The notes under the pieces: generated by a model | Databases searched by the model: none | What the model was told of the DNA's origin: nothing | The model's input: the letters and a program-made list of their open reading frames with translations, nothing else | Position numbers and translations under genes: made by a program | Part shown: positions 36,886-49,229 of the stretch, piece after piece | Layout: each line of letters opens with the position of its first letter | Numbering within the stretch: position 1 is the stretch's first letter | NCBI GenBank assembly: GCA_020536535.1 | Contig: JAHLWZ010000682.1 | Span: forward strand, 36,899-100,898 | From: Pelomyxa schiedti | Taxonomy: Eukaryota; Protista; Evosea | Reading direction: 5' to 3' | Length of the DNA: 64,000 nt

Positions 36886-38790
36886 TCAAGAGTGTCGTTT
36901 CATGGGGTCACTGAATTCCTGAGGTACAGTATTTACCAGTAGATGACCGTCATAGGATAGAGAAGCAAAGTTCCAGGAGGAATTGGTGCATGCACTCCAT
37001 GCAAGCCCGTACACACTATCTTCATGATCATCATACACTTTGATTGCAGAATCCGGTGGTGGTCTGAATTAAATGTGTTGGGAGGGAAGGTAGTGACTGG
37101 ATATTTGTTTGACCTGTATACATCTTCGCCTTCTTTGCGTTCTTTCAGTGCGTTGGACATCCTGAAAGACAAGGATGCAACACTCCACAATATCACTTTG
37201 CAATCAGACCCAGAACTAACCAGCATGTCATCGTGAAACGGATTGTATTTCACATTCCAAACCCTGAGTACAGGTGAATACCCAGAATCATATGCATTCG
37301 AAAGGGAATTGTTCGGCAAACCAATGAGAGTGGCCCGTCATTTCCTTCAAGGCCTTGGGCTTTCTGGTGTCCCAAAACTTAACTTGATTGTTATTTGGCA
37401 TTAATGTCGTGCAATGAAGCGTGCAATGCAGGTAATTTAACGCGAAAAAATGCAAAGGTGGAAAGGTGCTGGAAAACACCTTTGCAATCATCACCGCCCG
37501 TGGCGAAAGAATACAAAGCGTTGGGATTGAAGTCCAGAGCGCGAATATAACCATCTGAATGAGCTCGTTCAATCACAAAAGTAGAGTCCCTAAACTTACA
37601 ATGTGAACATATTGAGGCTTTAGAGTATAAATCATATATAAAAGGAATGGCAGTATTGTACCTACTGCGCAAATCAAAGCCACGAATCGAGGTCTCGTGT
37701 GTTACCACAACCAAATTTGGAAGTAATGGACACCATTGGCCAGTTGTAATTTTGTAGGATGGACCAATGGGGATAGTAGTTTTTGTCTAAGTGTAGATTT
37801 ACACTTGCAATATATTGAAGAGGAGGAATACCACAGGTGCACTTAGGGAATCCAGTGAAACGTGATGGATTTTGCCACTGTCAATCATAACTAAGGATTT
37901 TGGATCTTTAATATTCCATAGAAGCCTAGGAAAGTGAGGGGACGATTCAAAAAGAGGGAAACAACGATTTAACAATCCCTTCATGGCCCTCAATATTGCA
38001 CTGTTGAAACATTGTATTCCCACCCTGTGGTGGCAACCTCCACAAGGTCACTCTTGGCACAGCATCAGTTTCCCCAACTATTCAATAGGTAAATCAAAGT
38101 CAATTGAACCATATGAAATCCATCCAAACACACACAACTCTCCACCATACTATTACAAATTCAATGGCCTGCAAATTTAAAAAAAAAAAAAAAAAAAAAA
38201 CTGTAGCATCCAAAAAACATACTACAGTTGTATGAAGTAGCCAGCAATGACGTATCCGTAGGGCACGACGACATGGCCCACACCTCCCCAGCCGTGTAAG
38301 TCCCCCCGTCCGGAGTCACGCCCCCATGAGGGAAAACCGCCACGAGCCGGACCGCCGAGCCCTCCCCCCCGTGGCCCCCTCCCCCTCCGCTGCCTCCCCC
38401 TCCTCCCCCTCCCCCTCCACCCCCGCCCACGCTGGCCGAGCCTCCCCCGGGCTCGTCGCAGAACTCCACCAGGTGGATCTCGTTCTCGTCGTCGCGGGGC
38501 GCAAGGGTGGCGACGAAGAACCTGCTGCGGTAGTCGCCGGTCTGCGGGGCGATGCAGCGGGCGGGGAAGTGCAGCCCGTGGTACTGCTCGCTGACGAAGC
38601 CGCCCGAGGAGGCGCTGCAGGTGACGGAGGGGGAGGACAGCGAGCCCGAGGAGGAGAGCAGGGAGGAAAGGGAGGGGGAGGTCGACGGGGACGAGGACAG
38701 GGGCACCTGCGGCGGGGGCGACGGGCCCGACGTGAGGTTGCCCCCGCCCGCCGAGCTGCTCCTTCGGTGTGTGGGCAGAAACATCGACAT
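36886..38790 (-). CDS. EIPR1: EARP/GARP-interacting WD40 protein
   Basis: YHGLHFPARCIAPQ, NEIHLVEF, AGEVWAMSSCP, HSHWVWNVKYNPFHD, EDSVYGLAWS, FASLSYDG. Confidence 0.9.
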
Positions 38791-38980
38791 TTGTTTGTGT
38801 ACTAGACGAAGCACAACACCACGGCGCTTGATTGTCGATTCCTCGCTTTTTTTTTTTCTTTTCTTCTTCTTTTTGGGCTCTTTCCTTTTTTTTTTCGTGC
38901 TTTTGATTGCCGCGATTATTAGGGATAGCGAAGTGCCGCGACAATCCGCATCCCACAATTGCCACCACCTTGCTGCCGCG

Positions 38981-41900
38981 ATGAACTTCACCTCTCTCAC
39001 AAGTACGGCGCCGCGTGCCCCAGCAGCCAGCAGCACCCCGGGGGGGCTGATGCCCCCTCCCGCCACGCCTCTCATGCCTCCGCCCACTCCCGTAGCTACG
39101 CACTCGATTGCCACATCGACGGTGCGCCAGACGGCATCGTCCACGTCCACTGCCTCGTCAGCTACTACCACTACCACCACGACCTCCTCGTCGTCAGGGG
39201 GAGGGGGTGACGAAGGACTCGGGCGGATGCTGAATTTGGCAAATGCCACACTTGACAGAGCCATGAACGAAATTTCTATACTGCCTATGCCTCGTGTGCT
39301 CTTTTTTTTTTTTTTTTTTTTTTTTCTAAATGTGCACTAATAATAATGCACCTGTAGCAGTAAAAATGTTTTTCTGACTTCATACTCTTTTTTTTTTTCC
39401 CCCTATTTGCTTTGGAGCAGAATCACCGAGTGTATTTACACAGTCAGTACCCCCCATAATGGTACACTTATTTTCCCTCGCCATTGACTATTCAAGCAGT
39501 GCTTACAATATCTCAGCGCGATGTTCACCAGTTGCATACATCCTTACAAAAGATGATGGAAAAAAAAGCCTCTCAACCAAGTCTAGCCCCTGCTAGTGAT
39601 TCTAGAGCAAAATTGTTCGACCCTCTCCTCATACCCCATTAATCTTCTATGAATAGGTGTGAAATTGTTTCAAACCAAGATAGAAATCTGATACTTTCCA
39701 TGGAAGACCGTTTGAATTCAGCAGCACTTAATGTACAACCTTACTGGATTTTGGTTACCTTTACCATACAAAGGTTCAAATGGAACCTGTAGGAATAGTA
39801 GGTGTGATTGATATTGATGCAGCAGAAACGAGGTGGCAGAAGCAAGTACAGGAGGATACCTTAAAGAGTGTCTGGATGGTTTCATTCCATTAAATACACT
39901 TCCCCTCTAACTCTCCATTTTAGACAGGGGATGATTTTTTGAACACACTTTATGAAGGTAGTGTTAGTGAATGGGCCACAGAAAGAAGAAGTTTGCAAGA
40001 GAAATGGTGCACAAGAGCAAAGACAGGAACGGCCTACACCTCTGCACCCACTTCCATTTTATCACCATCTGGAGTAGCAATCACAGATCCTTATCAGGCG
40101 TATGCTGTGAAGGCAAAAAAAAAAATTTACAGTCACCCTTCAACAGAAATCTGATTGCGAAGGCCAATACATATTCAAATGCTATAACAGTTATTTCAAG
40201 CAGAGAAGCCTCCATCCTTGATAATCTCCAGTACATGAAACAATGTGTCGAGTCATTTGACAGCCGTGATGGTGTATGTGGACTCCCAGATTCTTATCCC
40301 CCAACAGTCGTACAGAATCAAGTTGATCTTGTAGATACATGGACTCTTTTGTGCAACCTTGCAGCAACAATCCCGCAGACACCCAAAATCCCAACCCCAC
40401 AAACTGAAGCTCCCAACACGAGGGCCTTATTCATGGAAGGCTCTCTGACGTTTCTTGGTCAACAGTAAGTTTCTTGTGAGTGTTAAAGTACATAAAATTT
40501 ATGCTTTGGTATTATTGCTACTATTTATCATGAAACACATAATTCATAAGAGTTCATCCCAAATAGGTTTGAAAGCTTCTTGGAAAGCACGGTAAGAGCC
40601 TCCCTTCCAAAAGCAGGACTCGGAGGAACCCCGGGATTCATAGCACGGGTTGAGGGATTTATAAGAATCAGATATGAAGTTTTAGCAAAAAGAGGATGGC
40701 CCGCCACCTGGGTAGATACTGCCCATTACATTTTCTCCTCAATTCTTTATTTATTAATGTCAAACCGAACATAAGGAATTGCACCAAGGAAAGCCGCATT
40801 GGGCAATTTTATACTATCTGTTAAGGTGCAATAAACGCACCGATGCCACACAGTTTATCAACCAGACTGCTTTCGATCCTATTGCACGAAAATCTTTATC
40901 TCAGTTCATTTCTACCGGGCAGTGCGTTTCCCCGTGTAATCATCATGTGGTTTACAACTGCCCACTAGGGTCGATGCTGCCCAGCAGCAGTACTTCGGGG
41001 ACCACTTTAAAACAAGAGATTTTCTTAAGAAGGACCCTTACAAGGTTAATTTACTGACGTTTCGTGGCTGACTCACGCTTTTTTTTTAGGCTGTGATTTA
41101 TAATCTTCTGAGCTGCCATGACACAAATCACACTAGCTTTACAAGCGTATTCTCTGCCCAAGATTATATCTGGTTCAAGGTTTAATACCCCATCTTTGTT
41201 CAATTCTAAAATTTGATTGCAGTTGAATTTGGTACGAAATTTCAACGCGCACACTGACTTCACGCTTCCTGCACTTCAGAAAGAAACCATCAAAGCCTTT
41301 CGTATTACATAACTTTCCCCTTAATCTACTAATGAGTAATGACTTCAAGCGGCTCTGAAAAAAAATATTCTTGTTGGTGTCCAAATCCTCATCATGTGCC
41401 AACTGTTTGATAAAGTACGTTTTAACTACTTCCCACAATGTTTATAAATTCAGGCCGTGAGTACTCTGTTTGAACATGACGAACTATTTGTTGAGACAGT
41501 TCATATATCTTTGATGATGTATCTAGGGAAATTCATTTCATTACCAACAGTGACCGGGGAAAGCCAGAGGGGAATTTTGGATGAAAACGGTGTGAGCCGT
41601 TATGGCTGTTGTTTGCTTTGAGCTAAACAAATAATTTCAGTCTTCCCTGACAGTGAAGGGTCGTGGGTTAACATTCCTCGACTCTTGAATAATTACCTGA
41701 ACTTTATAAAACTTGGTATTCCTATCCGGTTTTTCTCGTGGTAACATTAGAATAGATATTGTACCCAGTCTAAACTACTACTCTCTAGTAGAAGCACCTT
41801 ACCGTTTTGACTGTTATAGTCAACTCCTAATCGATTCGAGGAACTACCAACAGCTTCTTGGTGAAGGTTTGAGGACTGTAGCTTTCAGCAATCAACTTTA

Positions 41901-42783
41901 TGTAGGGCAGACAACTGGTTTGCTGGCACATTTCGTACCCAACAAGCAGCAGCTGGACCACGTAATCTCCCAAGCTGCTATGCACTTTGAGCAGGCAGGG
42001 TATCCTTATGATGCACTTTATTTGTGGAACAAAATTCGAGTAGGCTATTTTGAAGTGTTCCCTTTCCTCTAACTTGGGAATTTAGAACTATCAAAGTGTA
42101 ATAAAAGTAATGGCCAACCAGTTATCAAAGGTTCTCATGTCAGGTGCTTCAAAGGAGCAGAGAGGTTGGGCCAAATACTTTAATGATGATTCTTATATGA
42201 ATGTTCTGCAGAAGAAGCACTCAAGAAGGCCCAGGAAGTGCATAACCAACTGTCACGCATTCATACTAACCTTCCATTGTGGCCTGTGTTTACACTTTTA
42301 CTCAATTTGGGAAATTTTTTCTACCTTTGCGATAAGGGTTTAATTCACAATGCTTTGCAGGCAGAGTTATTTCATTTCTTTACCCAGCTAACTCACTCAG
42401 GCATTAAATGAAATTCAAATTCTGCCCTCGTCACCACAACCAACCCAAATTATCTTACTTGCCTCCAAATACCAGGCAAATCGAATTTTTAACAAAAAAC
42501 CTGCTGAAAGCCTTGTTACAGAAAATGGACCACCTTGTAAAGAGGTTGATGCCCGACATACTTAGGACAACAATAGACTGTCTAAAGAAGTTGTGGAACC
42601 TCAATCACTCTGCTCCTGATAGCAATCAGGTTACAAAAAAAAAAGTTCCCTGTGTCTCAATGTATTCAGGTCCTGCAAATCAAATCGTGGACAGCCGGCC
42701 TGATTGCATTCTGTAATGCTACGCCGGATATGCCCCCTCAAATACGGCAACAAGTTGTTCAGCTGGACACTGAACTCATGTAG
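38981..42783 (+). CDS. NUP93: Nucleoporin Nup93/Nic96
   Basis: AGLGGTPGFIARVEGFI, GKPHWAILYYLLRC, DPYK, QDYIWFKL, VETVHI; C-terminus LIAFC...VVQLDTELM*. Confidence 0.88.
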
Positions 42784-43041
42784 AGAGGGAATGAGATAGA
42801 CACTAGTAGAATCTTTCCTATTTCCGCAGTACACAACTGTTCTAGCCATAGAGCTATTATCACTGGTCGGTAAAAAAAAACAACTTCCTAAACAACACAA
42901 AGCATAGCAAACAAAAAAAAGTTGGGCTCAAACGAGCCCATGTTTTTTCATTTGGACTTTTTGGCTTTTATGGCTGTTTTTAGTGGGTAGTTATTAGCAT
43001 AGTCTCTCCCTATCATTACATGCAAGAGGCCTTGTTTCTTG

Positions 43042-46000
43042 TTATGAACGTTCCGTTTTATTTGCGCGTTTGTCGGCTGCGGCGTTAATAGCCAAGAACC
43101 AGCCTTGTTTTGAAGCAGCATCTGATGCTTCAAACGTGACACTGATATTCTTTGATTTTTCCCATACTCTCAAACAGAGATCGGGTGTTGACCCCTTGGG
43201 GAGGTCTTGCCATGCAAGCTAATATGATGTTAGATAGCATCGCGGAGAAATGAAATTCTCTAGACCTGAGAAAGAAGGGCAACAGAATCAAGTGGAATGA
43301 CGTGCTTCAAGTGGTATTTCATCTTACCCTTCAATTTGGAGAAGAGTATCAAGTCGTCACACAGGTGGAGAACTGCTGGTCTCCACTTGCCTGAACGTTC
43401 CAACTTCACAAATCCTTCGCGCACAAAAAGCCTACAATGAGTGAGCTAAAGACAGGAATGCAGGATTTTTGTGTACCTTCCAGGGACGTTGATATCGGGT
43501 TTATGCCTTCCATAGACAGCCTCCTGAATTTCGTGCAGCTTAGCTGTGGACTCAGCTTCCCTTTTTTTCTCGTTAAGGTAGTCTCCAGTGGCTTTCAAGG
43601 CCTGGATTGCCAATAGTATATTTTGGTTATCAGGGTGACTGGAGGGGGTATTGCGGTGCAAATCAGTAAGAAGCAGAATGTAGCGTGGTATTCTTTGAAC
43701 TGGATAAATAAGTGTTGCTGTCAAGGAAAGTAGGTGTGTTCTCTCCACTCTTTGCAAGAAGTCTTTGAATTTCTTGTTAGTCTTCCTGTGGTGATTATTT
43801 GTTACTTTGCATGCAGAAAAACAAGAACTTACAATAATTCTGAAATGGTGGCAAGGCAGTGGTCATAGTTGTTGATATACTCAACGTAACACCGAAGGTG
43901 GGTGGCACTACTTATAAATAAATCCCCAATCAATGCAGTGTCAGTCCAGCTCTTAAAAGTTAGATTAGATCGGAATGGTTTAAAGTGAAGAGCACCTTGA
44001 CTCTCACAGTTATACCCTCAAGTAACATGGTGTGATAAGAGACAATAGTGTCAAGGTTGCTGAAAATTGCAGTAATTTCTTCTGGAGTTAGGATTGCGGA
44101 GGTTGTGCCACAGGCAGCTAACATGGAACGCTCATAATCCCATATCAGTCGATTAAGGGCTTCTATGTAGGTCTTCTCTGTGGTGTATATCTCTGTGACA
44201 ATGTTTTGTCGACTAAGAAGTTGTTAAAAAATGGATAACTTGTACTGACACACCGATGATTAGATGCAGAAATCTTCGCAGCCTCTGCAGCTTCTTTTTG
44301 AGCCTTCTCCTCGAGTATTCTTGCTTGTTCCATTGCCTCTGTTTTAGATTGTTCCTCTTTCTCTCTAGCTAATTCTTCGGCTGCGAGTCGGGCTTTTTCC
44401 TCTTCAGCAGCTTTTCTCTTGGCCATTCTTTCTTGTCTTCTTCGTTCTTTGGCTGCTTTTCTTGCTGTAATCTCACAGTGAGATTTTTTTCTCCCTCCAA
44501 GAAACTTACAAGCAAGTGCTTCCTTCAGTCTGGCTTCTTCCTCGAGGATTTTATTCTGGGCTTCTTCCAATAGTTCCCTGAGTGGAGGTTTTTTAGAACT
44601 TGGTACTTGTTGTAAAATAGTTTGAGTACTGTTCTTTCTCTTGTCGCCTTTGCTCTCTTATCAACTTATTCTTTTTCCGTATTTCTTGTTTTCTTTTTCG
44701 TTCAATTGCCTGCTGTTTCGCTTGAAGTGCAGCTGAATGGAGTCAAAATTATTAAGAGGTTGGGCACATCACCATTGATTCGCAATTGTTCAATCTGTTT
44801 TTGTTTTTCTTCCATCTGGCGTTCAAGCTGCTCTAGCTCTTGCTTCATTTTATCCTGTGCCGACTTCACTTCTTCTGCCTTGGCATGCGCTCTTAAGGCC
44901 ATTAGTATGGTAACCTCAAACCTTATGGCGCGCGACTTACAATTGTTGGTCAAGTCGTTCTCTTTCCATTCTTTCATTTTCTACGAGCTGGGCCTTTTCT
45001 TCCTCCTTAGAATGTTGCCTAGACAAAATTAACAAAATCTTTGATGTAGAACAAGTTACATGGCCTCCAGCTGTTCCTCTAACAATTTCTGCTCTGCCAC
45101 TCTCAGTTCTTCTTCTTCCTGTTTCCTCTTTTCTTCTTTTTCTGCTCGCTTTTTCTTTTTAATTTCTGCTTGTCTGTTTTTTTTGTTAGCTACATTATAC
45201 TTAGTTTAGGCAGAATAAAAAGTTGCCATGAGGTACAATTCTTCGTCGGCTGCTGCAGCTCTTGCAATTTCAATGGCGAGTCTCAGTTCTTCTTCTTTTA
45301 GATTTTCAGCTTCCGAGTCAGAGGAACTATCCACGTCATCCTCATATGAACGGTAGCGTGGAGAGAGTAACTTCCGGTAGGGAGAGAGCCCGTCAAGTGA
45401 TGCTTCAGATTTCGGCAGATGTGGGCTCTCCGCCAAAGTATAACTTGCAGGTTCTTCATTGACTTGGTCTAGACTGTCATTGGACAGACTCGGCTTCGGT
45501 TGCAAGTCAATGATAGGCTCTGTAGTTCCCACAGCAGATTCAATTAGAGGTTGTGAGTTGGAAAGTGGGTGTAGCCCAGACACGGTTTGTGAGGTGGAAA
45601 CTTCTGTTTCTGAGGTTTTGACTAAGAGCACTGGAACCTCAGTGCATGTTTGGATTTGAAGTTCGGTTTCCACCAGTTCTTTGGATTCTTGGATTTCTGG
45701 AGTTGGAATTTGGGCACTTGGTGGCTCTGGGATTTCAACTTGAGTCTGTGTGGGTTCTGGTACTTCAACTTGTGATTGCGTGGGCTCCGGTACTTCAACT
45801 TGAGCTTGTGTAGGCGCTGGTATTTGGGTTTCATGTTGGACTTCTGGTGTGCTTTCTCTTTCTGGCACTTCAACTTGGGTTTCTGTGGGTGCTGGCACTT
45901 CAACCTGAGTTTGTATAGGTTCTGGTATTTGGATTTCAGGTTGGGTTTCTGCTGCCTTTTCTATGTCGGTTTGCACTTGGGATTCTGGGATTTGGTTCTG

Positions 46001-48904
46001 TTGAATTTGGGGTTGGTTTACTGGTGTGGTAAGTGTTTCAGTTGTTTGCACTGACTCTTGTGTCGGTGGTAGGATTTGGTGTTCAGATAATTGACAAGAT
46101 TGGGTTGGAGTTTCTGTAATTTGAATCTGAGAATGAATGTCTGAACAATGACCCTTTTCAGTGGCTGTTTCTACAGAGGGGCTTGAAACTTGGGTTTCCA
46201 AAAGTTGTACTTGTGTTTGGTGTTGGGTCTCTTCAGAGGGAGTGTCAGGTTGCGGAGCTTGGTGATTGTGAGTGTGCATTTGATTACAAGGTGTAAGACT
46301 TTGCGAGCTGGTATTACTTTGGGTGGGAGGAAGGGAATCTGCACCCTGATGTTGCTCAGGGTGAGAATCGGGTAATACATTATTATTGCTTAAAATGGAA
46401 GAGGGCTCCTGTGATGTAGTTACAGGAGCTTGTGGGTTAGGAAAAAAAAATGCCTGCAAACTTTCACTAGACGAGGTCTCTGGACATTTTCCTGCAACTG
46501 GAATGTCTTTAACACCCAGAATAAAGTGCATCTACACAAAGAACAGGTAAACTTCGGCAGATTTTGTGGAATATTACCGAGGTTTGAACATTAAGGTCAT
46601 TATTTGACTCCAGTGCTAGTAGTGGTCCTAGTTCTAGTGGGTTGTCTCTAAGCCATGTCCTTGCAGTGCCTCCAAGTTTATGACGAACGATAAATTATGA
46701 GGTGAATGGTACCATCAGTAATTAAGTTGGCGACAACTCTGAGAACACCAACAACAGTTTCATTATCAGGAGCAGTGAGTGCCGTGAGTAGTGGTTTCAA
46801 TCCAACTTGTTGTACTACCAACGATCTCGTTTGATCTTAAGAATGTCAAGAGCGTGAAGGGTGTGGAATTTATACCATTAAAAGTGAGGTTTGAAAAGGC
46901 AGATGCGGTTATTGCTCGCAATTTTGGATCAGAGGAGGAAAACAGAGACACGAGTACTGGTAAGACTTTGTTGTCTGAGACTAAATCCACAGCTTTATTG
47001 TGTGCTAATAGTAAAGGACTTTACAATAACAGACTTCTATTTTGTAATGTATAATTGAATTGGATATAGCACAACCCAAGGTTTGTCATAGATCTGACTG
47101 CCTGGTAACGTGACTCATCGTCCCCCTCGAGGAGGAGTTTCTGTATTGCGGCATGAGCTCCACTGTTATACATGGCAACTCGATATTTATCTGTGAGGCA
47201 TTACATTATGATATCTTTGTTTGGGAATAACCATTCACTAACGTGAGATTTGCCACGCCACGGGCAGCATGTGTAGCTGCCTTTGGAGATTGTGACATAA
47301 GATGAATTAGATATGTTGCACAGCCAGTATCAAAAAAATCTTCATGGATATCATCTTGTTCAAGTGTTTGTAAACTTTGAAGGATTGGGGGAAAAAAAAT
47401 ACCATAAGCTGCCAAGTTGCTCAACAATGCAGCTAAGCAATCTTGAGTGAGGGAATCGGTGACTTGGTCAAGGATTGGTGCCAGTAATCCACAGCCATTG
47501 TGTTTTTTGAATAAATGAAAATGTTGCTACAGTGACTGAGGACTTGAAAAGCTAATTGAGAGTCACACCTCATTGTGAACGATTTTGGACAGAAACTTGA
47601 TTGCTTGAAGCACAACCTGATCAGAGGGGGGGAAGGCCGCCAACTAGGGGGAATTTAATATTCATTGCAATCTTGTGGAAGGGAAAAAAAGAAACCATGT
47701 CAAGTGTGCAAGGAATGATATTATTGCATTCTGAAATCTGTTGCCTTCCACTGTCCTCAGTGGTTAAGTTGGACAAAACCTGCAGCAGAATTTAGAGTAG
47801 ATACCATTAAGACCAAATTAAATACCCGTAAAACTTTGAAAACTGTGTCTGATTTCTCAAGAACTTCAAGACTGGTGGCTATTTTCATGTGTATGCCAGA
47901 GCTTAGAAATAGAGCTGCAAATCACAGATTTTTGGTTTTGAGATCAAAGTATTCACTGATGTATACCTCTTCCTTCAGCTGTCTGTGTTACTTGTATCAT
48001 TAGAGTAACTGCTTGTGTCCCCAATGTCCCTGGAATAACTAACAATTCCATCAGAACATCAAGACCTTTGATGGAAGCAAAGACAGAGAGATCCTCTTGC
48101 TGCAACTTGGATATGACCACCAAACATATCTGTGTGGTTTGATCAGGTCATTTGCTCAAAAATAGGTTTTCTCCTCACAGATGCATTTGTGAAACTATCA
48201 GAAGGTTCAGGGGCAGCCTTAAGAGAACGCAGGAGAGATGCCACATTAGTGTAAACGCCACTGGAATGCAGCTGAGTGATGTGGTTCTTAGTTGTAAGGT
48301 TGAGTATGGTCCGCAGAATGAGGCCAAGTGGTTTACCAACAACAATTCCCAGTAGGCGCAATAAGGATGGAAAACCTGAAAGTGGTAAGACCTTCCAGTA
48401 TAAAATAAACAGAAAAACCAACACAATTAAGAGGGGAATCAAGTACAAGTGTCACTGATTATAGATTCCCTGAGAGCAGAATTGTCACTCATTACCATGA
48501 TTGCACTTGCAGCCGTGTTAAGTGACTGGGGGTGAGAGCTATTGCAGGAAAGGAAAGCGAGTATTTCCCGTATGCAATTACAAGGAATAACACCTAATGA
48601 GTTAGTTTTATCCTGGGCAACTGCACAGTACAGTGCAAATGCCTGTGCCTTTGCTCTAAAACAAAGAAAAAAAAAAACAAATCGAGAAAGAAAAATTAGG
48701 TGTGCGTCCCTATGCCAGAAAGAAAAAGGGGGAACTCTACTGAGGATGGGGGCAGGACATGAGTGCAAGCAATTTTTCAGGGTCGGATTTTGTGGCATGC
48801 GATGCGGGGATCAATCGGGCACCTTGCTTCAGCAAGCTGGCCACGTGCGTAGTCACGCTGGGTGGTACCCTGAGCGATGTACTTGGCGGTGGTGAAGACG
48901 ACAT
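43042..48904 (-). CDS. Armadillo-repeat, low-complexity linker, coiled-coil, DH-PH RhoGEF (architecture like Dictyostelium GxcC)
   Basis: ARM-like repeats (AARGVANLT, TASAFSNLT); DH (EIYTTEKTY, IFSNL, YVEYINNY, PVQRIPRYILLL); PH end (FEASDAASKQGWFLAI). Confidence 0.88.
45715..45935 (-). repeat. Degenerate 30-bp coding tandem repeat (QVEVPEPTQT-like decapeptide)
   Basis: QIPEPIQT-QVEVPAPTET-QVEVPE...QIPAPTQA-QVEVPEPTQS-QVEVPEPTQT-QVEIPEP. Confidence 0.85.
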
Positions 48905-49229
48905 ATTGGGCGACCAGTTTGTTTTGTTTAAATGGTTGCACTCCTGTATTATTTGCGGGTGGTGTGACAACGCAGGGAACTAATGTCAACGCTTCTGCGG
49001 GAGCCCTTTTGAACGACGCCGAAGAACGAAGATTTCCAGATCGCAAGATGGCCGAATAAGCTGGCCTGCATTGCCAGACCGGAGTCTCCTCCCACTCTCT
49101 CTCCCAGTCTCAGGAACCACTTTTTTGGTTGGTGGAGGAAGGTCCCCAGCAAGAGTGGGATGTGATGTTCTCATAGACCGTCTTCGCGGAACCACCATTT
49201 TTCGGGACAAATTAAACAACCAAAGTTTC

